Positions 36,401 to 48,400 of a stretch of DNA of 64,000 bases are shown piece after piece; the stretch's first letter is position 1; every line of letters begins with the position of its first letter. A model generated the notes under the pieces. That model was not told the origin of the DNA and did not search any database. It saw only the letters and a program-made list of their open reading frames with translations. A program made the translations under genes and the position numbers. Origin of the DNA: Schmidtea nova (taxonomy: Eukaryota). The DNA lies in contig CM097884.1 in assembly GCA_044892505.1 (NCBI GenBank), positions 82,150,001-82,214,000 of the forward strand. The letters are read 5' to 3'.

Positions 36401-39400
36401 NNNNNNNNNNNNNNNNNNNNNNNNNNNNNNNNNNNNNNNNNNNNNNNNNNNNNNNNNNNNNNNNNNNNNNNCTAGCATTCATACTTTTATTGTGATATAT
36501 AAAATTTCATTGTTTGTCCGTCCATCACAACCCATATTTAAATTTATATAAATTTATTATAAAAAATTATTATAAATTTATATAATTTTAAAAAAATTGG
36601 ACCGTCATTTAATCGTAACCTATTTAAAAATTCTGATAATTATTTTATCCTCAATATCAACATCAATGTTTTCAAATTTTTAGAGCCCAAGGTACCGTTG
36701 AAAATATACTTTCATTATCAAAGATACAATATCAAATTTATCACTTTTTACGACTCGTATTTTGTATGTTTAATTGGAAACTAAAAGAATCACTACAGCT
36801 TTAACTCTATGTTACACAATACGTGAAACACGTATGAAGATCTTTTCAATTTGTTTCTATTCATTCTTTATGCTTTCACTGTCACCTCATTTTATTCAGT
36901 GCCCAAATTGAATCCAATGTTACTGTCACCCTCTGCATCTTCACAGCACCCACTTTAGGAACCACATCATTAAGAGGCTTATGTTATTTACATTAAAAAT
37001 AGCTTAAAATTCGGAATAAAAATTGCAAAAGACTTACTTGTTTTGTTAACTGTTCTTCGCACAATTTGTAAAGAACAAAGAATTTTCTCGCCAAAATTAT
37101 ATTTTCAATAAATCCACAAGCGGCCAATTTGACACGAATAATTATTTGTCGATCCGGCACCATCATTGCTACAGACCTAAAATTAATTTTTAAATTTTCT
37201 GGCAATTCTTGCCGACCAGCATATCCAGGATTCTAATTTATTCAGAATATTTGAGATTTTCGGACAAAAATTTAATAAATTTAACCATTGTCAAAAACAA
37301 TCCGAATTCCGGATTCATTTCCACCATATCACCATCACTGAAAATAAATTGGGATTTCCCTTCCTTTTTACACTGTAATATAATTGCTATTTGCTGAGCG
37401 GCTACCGATAATACTGGCAACTCTATTCGGTTGAATTCATCAAAACACCCCCAGGATCCCGACTGCGCCAATCCTTTGAATATCCTTCCCAAACCTCGGA
37501 AATCCATTTGATCAGAACAGTTGAAAACTACGACGTATTTTCCCAAACATCTACCCATGTCCTAAAAAATGACTCATTAAAAAAGATAATGAACAGTTCA
37601 TAGTTACTTTTGTGGTTTCCGTTTTACCGGTTCCTGCCGGACCAGCTGGTGCTGCCCCTAAACTCATACTCAGCGCTTGAGCAATAGTAATATAGCATCG
37701 ATCTGTCAAAGGGGTTATGACCAAACGTTCAGTACAACCAAGAAATTCATTTTGATACTCAAAGTCTACATCAGTAATTGAGATGACACATTTGTCGACA
37801 TCTTCCATAAAATAAAATCTAGTTTGCTTGGTCCATTCAAAATCATTTTGAGATTTTACGTTCAATTTACACTGAACAACATAAAAAGATTAAATCACAA
37901 TAAAAGTTTTAAAAATTATTTCAAGATCAAGAAAAGTTCAAAAGATGGATAAATGTATCTCATGTGCGCTAACCAAAAGTAGCAAGATGCAATATTTGTC
38001 AATTTCTACGTCATATTTGCTCTATAAAAAACTTACTAATTTTTGATGAAACGTAGATCATGCTTGATACTTCAAGACGATATGGTCATTGGTAAGACGC
38101 AGATACTCGATCTGCTAAAATCTTTAAATCTTCACTAAAAACTGTTGTTTAATGTTTGATAGCGAACCATCTCAAGACACGCAAAACAATACATTCTTAA
38201 TGAATTAATAATATGCATAATGCTATTCGCCAAAGACTTAAAGACTAAGAATCGTCGTCAGTCAATCTAAAAAACCAAGCCATTAAAGATTGATAATGTA
38301 CAAATACACGCATAAGAACATTTTAGTTAATAAACTAACATTTAGTTAATAAACTTCATTTCATGGAATATACTTTACATTTCTCCAACCAACTATGATA
38401 TTATTTATATATAATCTTCGTCGCTTGATCTTCTTTCGATTTTATTTATTTTTAATACTAAAAAATGGCAGTACCGAAAATTTGCATTAAAAAAAGAAAA
38501 TATTTTTGATCTATTGTCTAAAAATTGAAACTTAATTAATTTATATTAAAATTAAATTAATTCAATTCAAATTCAATCTTTTTTTACATGTACCTTGATT
38601 TTGAAATTCCTTTAATTGATTGTTCAAATGTGCGTAACTTTTTATTATAGAAAATGTATGTTGAATATCTATGCAGTGATTGATGTTTTTGATAATCTGC
38701 TTTATTTTTCTATTTTATGTATGTATTTTAATTATGTATACACTGTGTTTCAATCAGTAGAATTAGCTATAATATACGTGAGTGTGACACATCCAAGGTT
38801 ATTAGTAAACATTTTTTAATTTGATGTATTAGCCATTTTAAAATGGCTTTTAGGTAATTTAGATGTCTGAGGATAACTTTTAAGGCTTTTATTTTGATTT
38901 CGTAATGATACGAGAAAAGCTTTAAAAAATTATCTATGTTCTACAATTTTATTTTTAATTACTTTGTAGGAAATTATGACTTTTTCAAAGAAATTTTTTG
39001 AATAATTCACAATCAAAATAAATTAAAATCATTTTTAATTAAAATTTTTTATGAAACTAATCTTCGAGGCTTGCTACCACCTTTCCAGCCTTTTTGTATT
39101 TGACCATATTTTTTTATAATTATAAATTATATTTCAGATCGAATATTTGAGTATTCCAAGTGAACTTCTCAAATGAAACTAGCTATGGTTATTTTCAATG
39201 AAATTTATTATCTTGCATTGTCAATATCTGAAGTCATAATCACCATATAATAGTTTTATAAATATATATTATTTCCGAAATAACGATTTTCGAACATTAT
39301 TTCGGGTTTCAAATTATGTGTAAACGATAGACGTAGATGAAATATCTGAAAGGCTAAGAACATGATAAATATTTGATAATATGATGACATAGGTTTAGGA

Positions 39401-42400
39401 GAGAAAATATATCTAAGACTAAAGCAAAATGAATTATTTTAGTTAAAATGAAATTTCTGTGCGCAATTTTCTTAACACCATTTATCTATGTTTTCTGTTT
39501 GTGTGTGTGCTTATATTTTTTCTCACTTTTTCTACGACATTAATTTTATTACTGAATGAAACAGCAATGAATAATGTACAGGTAGGTGTTCATTTTTATA
39601 TACTATAAACTTATTGACTTTATATATTATATGTGAGGATGCTGAGTGAAACACGGTAAATATTATAAGTTTCTTTTGTACCTTAAATATTGAAATGAAA
39701 CGAGTAAGAGTGAGAATTTTACTGCAATAATTTTATTTGTATTATAGGTGAAATTTAAATTTTGAAACGTTGTGTGTAACATTGGGAGAAAGTGAATGAT
39801 TCTAATAGTGACAATTTCGAGAAATGTTTTATTGTTTTAAAAGTTATTATCATAAATCTGACAAAATCTTTGCGGCAAGCTGGCATAATTTGATGATGTA
39901 ATATTGTAAAGACAATAAATAAAAAGACATACTAAATCATCAAAAATATCTCTCTGGTGTACATGAATAGTGATCAAAGTTTCGTATTTCGTTCGAGCAT
40001 ATTTAGTCAAATCACGAGTAGTTTCTCCGATCAGTAAATTCAATAGTAACAAAAATGTTTTGTTAGTTTTCTGCATAATTTTAGGATCGTTTCTTGCTTC
40101 TCTCAAAGCATCAGTGGCATTTCTAGTCCATAAAATTTGAATACCAAGCAATCCAACTTGAGATGGTTGAGCATCTAAAAATTCTACAAGATCGAGATCT
40201 TCATCTTGAATTTGAAAAGCGGCATTTTGAATGACTGTATGAAGTGAATATTGTGCAACTTTTAACAAACGACCAAGCCAAGATTCCACATGTCCTTCAC
40301 ATTTCACAGGTCTAATCATCTGTTATTTGTTATAATAAATAATTAAAAAAAAGAAAATTGTTCCTAATTTTACTTTCAGCTCCTCATTTTCTGACGAGAA
40401 TGCCGACACGATTAAGTCATACTGACGATCATCAAACTTAACGCGCTTTGTATTGTCAAATATGGACAATAAGTGAGCTTGGATGGAATGTGGATCAGAA
40501 GCTTGTCCTAAAATCTCCAAAAGTACAGGATCGGAAACAAAAAAGAATCTTGGAAAGACCAAACGCTTTTTTTCTAGATATCCAGTGAGTGATTTCTGGC
40601 ATATTTCTAGCTGTTCGAACAGTCGTGGTAATAGTTCAACAAGAGAGTGATCACTCGAGCAACACTGGACAACATTTGTGGTATCACGGGCTCTTTCCAT
40701 AACCTTTACATAAGATTTATCAATTCCCTGAAAACGTTTGGCTTCTTGTGGCAACTGCTTAGCAATATCTCCACCGACGAATACAGCTTCCAAATATACC
40801 CAAAGATTTTGAACTTTCATCCAATTTTCTAAAACCTCACTCGAGGTTGTCAATTTTTGAACCCATTCTGTGATAGGTTTTTTGAACGGAGCATTATATC
40901 TATGTTTTCAATACATTGTTATCATTAGCAAATAAATCCTTACTAACCTGTTACTCATTAAAGAGCTCAATACCATTAAAGAATCTTCAAGTAAGCTTAT
41001 AACTTCACTAACTCGGTCCCCTTTTAGTAGCAACTCGCCCCGATTTTTAAACGCAGCTAGCTTTAAATCTTGATTAGCCCAATCACTAATGACGCTATTC
41101 AGTTTTGCTTCTATATCTTTTTCTCTAACTGCAGATACACAAATGTCTTCAACGTCATCTTTCACCGCTAACAATGGGGCGTCAAGCATATTTTTCAACG
41201 TGAAAGCCTCTGATTCCACATCAAAACTATAATTCGTAAGATCAGCCAAGCGTTGCCAATGTCTTGGTTTCATAGCTTTATTTGTCATCATTTCCAACAA
41301 TGGCACTTTTTCATTAAAGTCATCGATAGTCTTTTGTAAATCAGTATATGCTGGCCAATCTTTTAAGGCCTTTGGTAATCTTTTACATCTATGAAAGAAA
41401 TTAAAAAGTCATTATGTGAACTAAGTTAGAATAAAAATAAATATTATTCAGTTGAGTGGGAAACAACTAAATGGTTAAATCTTGGAGTTTTACTGTAGTT
41501 TGATTCTTTTAGACCAAACCACAGGAATTTCTCAAAAAGAGCAATTAAAAATTAGATTAAAGGATTAAAAACCGTTAGAAATTATATTTTGGGCTAATAT
41601 TGTGAATCAAGTTTTATTTAAATATTGCAAATATAAAAAGACTCATTACTTATGAGATCAAGTGATAATAATTTACAAACTAGAAACGAAATGTGACAAA
41701 TGTTTATTAATTTCAATTATACTTTAAATAGACTAGGATATGACGATAATTTACGATATAGGGCTTCTCATTTGATCTTTGCATTAGATAGTGATAATAT
41801 TTCATTTATTAGTGATTTTTGGTAATTGTTATAATTTATATATTATTCTTTACATGATTTTTATTACCAAATAAAATTATAAGTGACCTTATGACAAAGA
41901 ATAAGGTATATACATTTATATTGTATTAAAATTCGTATAAAAATAATAATAAATAAATTATCACAATTACCAAAATAACTAATAATTCAAAGATTAACAC
42001 TATATAATGCAAAGTGATACTATTAAATTAGAAGCTCTATAAACTGAACAATGTTACATTTTATCATATCCAGTCATATTCTAACAAATATAAATGGCAT
42101 AAAATCCTAAATTGTTGTTTGTGTATGATGTATTATTAATGAATTTTAAATTACCCTGTTTTTTGGTTTTAAGGTACTACTCCCTACTAAGGTACGACTT
42201 TATTAAAGTTTTTGGAAGCCCACGATTTTTGTACCATCTTTACAAAGGTACCACTTTTTACTAAGATACTAATTCTACGTTATAATATTTAATAAAATTT
42301 TTTTTTAAATTAATATACTATTAATAAATCAATAATGTTTTTAATTATATAATTAATTTAACAAATTCAAATCAAATTGAAAAATGGCAGACAAAAAATG

Positions 42401-45400
42401 AAAAACATACAATACAATTTAAAGAAGCTGCTGTGAATTATGCTTTGAATTCATCCATTTCAAAAGCAGCTGAACATTATGGCTGTCACATTAACCTCAT
42501 CAAGCGATGGAAAAAACAAAAAGATCTTCTGCAATCGATTAGGAATAAAAATGCAAAAGTAGTCAAGAGAATTCGACTCATTCAATGGCCAGCATTGGAG
42601 GATCATTTGAAGAAATGGGTTATTCAGCAGAGAAAAAATGGATTTCCAGTTTCTGGAACATCAATTTTGCGAGAAGATCAAGCACAGACAATACAAATGA
42701 AAATTAACAACTTCAAAGGATCTTCATATTGATTTTCAGTTTCATGAAAAGAAATAGTCTCACAGTTCGGGCTGTTAGTTCAGTTGGCCAGAATCTTCCA
42801 GATGATTGGGAAATTAAAATTAAAAGTTTTGTAAATTTCATTACACGGCACAAAAATAATTACTCGCTTCAGCATATTGGCAATATGGATAAAGTACCTG
42901 TTACTTTTGACATGCCTTCAAAGTTTACAATTGATCAGGTAGGATCATCTGACATTCGCATCACAACAACTGGAGCTGAAAAATCGGTTCTCTGTCGCTC
43001 TTTGTGTAACTGCAGATGGTGGTAAATTACCAGCTTATGGGATTTTTCGACGAAAAACAATTTCATCAGGTTCCGTTCCATCAAATGTAATCGTATCAGC
43101 TAATGAAAAATCTCAAATGACTTCAACGGAAACTCTGCTGTGGCATGAAAATGTTTGGATGAAAAGAAAAATGGCGCTTTTCAATAGAAAATCACTTATC
43201 ATGATCGATTCTGCCCCTGGTCATCGCACTGATGAAGTCAAATCTAAATTTACTGCAGCTGGGACACTGATAGGTATGATTCCAGGTGGTTTAACAAAAA
43301 AATTACAAGTTCTAGATATAAGTGTAAATAAATCATTTAAAACTCATCTCCGACGTCATTGGGAGAATTGGATGGTAAAAGGATATCAAGAATACACAAA
43401 GTCTGGAAATATGAAGCGAGCTTCCTACGAAGAGATTTGTCATTGGATATCTGAGGCATGGAAGGCAGTACCAGTTTATGCAATAAAAAATGGTTTCAGA
43501 TCGACAACCATTGATTTTTATACAGAAGACTTGGATGATATTAATGAGCCAATGGTTGAGGAATTGTTGGATGATAAAGATGAAGAAGAAAAAGACGATA
43601 ATGATATTCGTGATCATGATTTCTTGATGGAGAAAACTTTGCTAGTGAAGAGGAAGTAGAATTTTTTGAATAAAATTTTTTAATACTTTTTATATTTTCT
43701 GAGTATAAATATTTTTACCGTTTTTTTTCTAAGGTTCCACTTGATACTAAGGTACCATTCTTTACTAAGGTACTTTTGGGCTCAAAAAAAAACTTTTAAA
43801 GTTTACTAAGGTTTTACCTTATAACCAAAAAACAGGGTACTTTTTAAATCAAACGAAAATGTAGAATATTTGAAAGATAAGTAAAAGTTTAAAAAAATAC
43901 TTTTAATTATTATCATATAGAAACTCAGAAATTAAAATGAATTATTGCAACAATTTTATTAGTTTCAGATATTTTCTAAGACAAAAAATTTCCATTGCGT
44001 ACGATTTTCCGTAAGTGCCAAAAAATTGATAAAATAATTAAAGGTGAACAAAATTAAAGATGTGTCTGGTTATTTATTTTCAGTCCGTTTTTTGAATGAC
44101 TTCTCGTGCTCCTATAACTACAAATAACCAAAACCCAACAAAATAAATTTTATTGAATTCCTTAATTTACAAACGTTAAATCAATACACTTTCAAATTTC
44201 TATAAAACAATCTGTACTCTTCTTTATTCCAGCGATAGGGATAATTTTACCAAGGGTAGATTTCTCTTTCTGATACGATTTATATTTGATAATATTATAT
44301 TTCTGATAATCGCACTTTTCACACTTACCCAACATGTCGTACTCCTTAATAATTTTTGCTTCGACCAAACTGGTGATTTACTGTCATTTTGCTATTCCTT
44401 TTATAGTAATTTTATTGCGTCAACATATCAATTAAATTGCAAGAATAGGGACATAATATAATTATCCTTTTTATGATTGGATTTTTTCAGAATTGAAATG
44501 ATTGTTGTCTCTAATAATTCAATCATTGCGGCCTGCGACTCCGAAAATTAGATTTTATGTCGGTTTTGACGGGTTTTCCATTTGTTAGGGTTTTTCATTA
44601 GTTCTAGTTTCCCATGTACTCGGGTTTCCCATAACTAGGGTTTTCTACATAACTAATAAATTATTCATTGATTTTTAATTAATTTTTATTTATCGAAAAT
44701 CTTTTACTAGGGACCCCCAATTGAGATTTTATTATCACACTCGTACTTGTCTCTCCATTTGCCATCCGTACATACCAATTGACTCTTAACTATATCAATT
44801 TTTAATTTTTTTTAATTTTTAATTAATTTTTATACTTATTTATAAATTGTGAATTTAACACTGTTCAGATTTTTATTGAGTTGCTAGATCCACGGTGCAC
44901 TCTTGCGTCATGTTACACCACTTTATACGAATTTCAACAGATGTTAATAATGATATTATTGCTGTATTAACTATTAAATGTATGATGTAGCATGTATGAT
45001 ACTTATTTCAAACTACTTAAGTCATTTTGGTAAATAACAATTTTTGGTGTAAATAACGATAGAAATTATGTATTAGAGTGCTGTTGATAATTTATACATG
45101 TGCATTGTAATTTATAAATATTTCCCAATTAATGAAACGCAAAAAAATTAATATCTAAATTAATTTTAGTATTATATTGACTTTTAGTTCATTATTAACC
45201 AATTTGAATTTGAGGTACATTTGTACCCCCAGCAGTTCCCCATCCATTTTCAAGGTTTCGGTACTCGAAGGTTAAAAAATAAATATCTATGAAAAAATTT
45301 CAATTAAAATTGAAATTTACTTATTCTGAAATTCTTGCAAATCTGATCCAATTTTGTCCATGTCGACATTTTTCCAAATGATTTCATAATATCCACTGAC

Positions 45401-48400
45401 GGTTTTGTTAACTTCATTATACAAACCGTAGAGACGTTGAAGAAGCTCTAGTTCTTTTCCGATTTGTAAAAAGGACGGATACGAAGATGTTGGCAGACCA
45501 AACAAAATTTCACCTTTTGCATAGCTTTCTAATTTTCGAAGCAAGTTATCAAATCTATTTTTAAATAGAATTTGTTTGTCCAAAGCTTCTACTGGTGGCA
45601 AACCCGGCTTCATTGGTCCTCTCTGAAAATAAATACGATTCAAATATGCACTTCATTCTTAAAAGAAACTTCATTGTAATCGTTAATAAAATCTTCAATA
45701 TCAATTTTCAGTTGACTGATGTTGTTGAGTAAGCCTTCTTTATAACTTCCTTGTATAGCTAAGATATGGTCAATAGCTTGAAATTCATTTTCCTTCATTC
45801 TGTTATAATTGCACCTGACCGCTTCTACTTGATCTCCTGTTGACTTAGGATACGGAATATCGAATTTACTCATTGTTTGACTGGCATACTTAATGAAACA
45901 CAATCATAGGGAAATGTTATAATCTACAATTAAAAAAAACCCTATGTTTACAGTTTACCATACACTACATTTAATCACAGCTTTCACTTTTTAACTCAAT
46001 TGATTCTCATTTCCTATAATAAATTAACCAAGATTAGTAAATTAATATTTGATAAAGGCGTTGTCCAAAATCGTGGTTATCCCTATGAATGTTATTGATC
46101 TAATTTCGTCAAAAACAAAACAAATATTTCTCTTATATTTCGAATATAAAATTTTATACGATTTCTATCTTATTAAACGAATTACAAAATTAAAGGTAAA
46201 TAAAGCGTAAATATCTCAAGGTCACATTGTGATTAAATTTTATTAAATATATTAGATGTCAAAATTACGATCTTCCAAATGTTTTGTTGATACAGGTCTC
46301 TCATAATCTGATAATATTAATATCAATAATTTCCATAAGACTATAGATCAAATTACCTTTATACAATTACACATATTTTGATCTATAATCTTATGGAAAT
46401 TATTGATATTAATATTAAAAAAAAAGATAAAAGGTGAAACAAAAAGATAATTATGATATGATAATATTAGATTTCTAAATTATTATTGATAAATGTAAAA
46501 TGACTTTCAAGCAGATGTAAACAACTTAGAAATTGTAAAGACTAAATTATATATTTAAACAACATTTTTTACAGAATGTTTATTACCAGAAACCAGTTAG
46601 ATATGTAATTAGCAGGATTAACGAGGTATTATGAAAGGGTTAATAATTGTGGATAACATTTTAAATTTTAAAAATGAGAATTTTGTCGAAAGTTTAAAAA
46701 ACATTGTATTTATCAGTATTAATTAGATACAAATTTAAACCAAAAAATGTCTGTCTAACACAGTGGTTCTTAACTTTTATAGTGGACAGCCCTCCCTTGA
46801 ATCTGAAAATAAACTCTCACACCCCCTTGAAAAATGTGTTTCTATTTTTTATTTAGGAAAATGCATTTATTGCAAAACAATTTATTTATTGTATAAACAA
46901 ATGAAAACAATTACAAATTTAGAAATTTGTCTCACACCCCTAGAAATGCTGTTTTGGACCCCCGGGGTGCACGCACCCAAGGTTAAGAACCACTGGTCTA
47001 AAATCAATTAAAATTTAAAAATGTAAAAATTACGTCAAATGTGTTAGATTTACTTATCAAGTAATGTACGTTTTTAAAAAAATGTTCTTGCTCCCTGTCG
47101 TATATTATTATGCACGAGAAAGAAAATAATAGTAAAAAACATTTGAATTTTAAAACTCACTCCGGATAAGGGTTCTTTTGAAAACAATATAACTTGTGAT
47201 AAAACGAATATAATTAACCTCAGCTGTCATTATGTCGTAATCCATTTTGATATCTATTTGTCTTATATAAGCCAGAGTATCCATTATAAATGCTATGTCA
47301 TCTAGGTTAGTTATATTCTTCGATAAATTCCTTTCTATTTCATCAAGCTGGGTCTGAATAGCTTCAATTCTGCCCACAAATCTTTCAGTACAACCAGTTA
47401 CATAAACCTTAATCAAATAATAAGTTACGTTTACAATATAAAATGATAATAAATACTTAAAATTTAAGTTAACATACTCACTACAAAGGACGAGTACTCG
47501 TCCTTCAGAATACGTAAATAAATATCCAGGACGAGCGTACTCGTAGTATATTTAAATGTGCTAAATAGCCGTTAGTAAGACTTAATGGCTACAGACTCAT
47601 CGAATCAGTAAATAAAGGTTGAAATAAATAAAAAGACAAAATTTAATAATAAAATTAAAAAATTACTGCACTCACATGCATAGAAATACCTTAAACATAA
47701 ATGGCAATATGAATTACATCACATAATTTTGGTTTGGCAAAAATATAATGACAAAATCTAATAACTTATGTTTGTGACTGAAATTAGAGCAGAGTAAACC
47801 ATAAAGCGAAAATATTCAGCTATTTTAAATCATAAAGTTTTGGTAGAAAAGTGTAAAATAATTTTAACAGATCTTAAACAAATAAAATTATTACAATTTA
47901 AGAATCCCTATTGTTATCCCCGTTGATTCATTAACACAAAACTTTATAATAACACAAGATGTATTGTTAAAACTATCCTTTGAGTCTTCAAGTGTAATCT
48001 ATTTTTAAAAAAATATATTTTCCCATCATCTGTAGATTTCGAAAATCCAATAATTATTTTTTTTCGAACAGGTATTATTAAATTATTTTATACCATTAAA
48101 ATGGTAGTTTATTTTCATTTTTTCAGACAATAAATAAAATTTCTTTCAATTCAACGAAAGGTTTCAACACCGTCTTTATCAGAGTCTTCAAATGGAATTA
48201 GCACTTGAAAAAAAGACAGTACCGGAAATTTGTGTTGAATTTGAGTAAAAGGGATTTTTAATCTGTTATCTAAAAAAGAAAATAAACAAAATTTCAAAGA
48301 TTAGAAAAATTAAAGATTTTAATAATAATTCATTAATACATTGGTTTCCAACCTTTTTGTACCGACGCCCCCCTTTTAAAAAAAAAGTTGGTGCGCCCCC

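Noticed and set aside
35336-36551. ORFs containing long X runs
   Set aside because: They are artefacts of translating through the N gaps.
44580-44650. TTAGGG/CTAGGG words as an interstitial telomere
   Set aside because: They are isolated, non-tandem occurrences.
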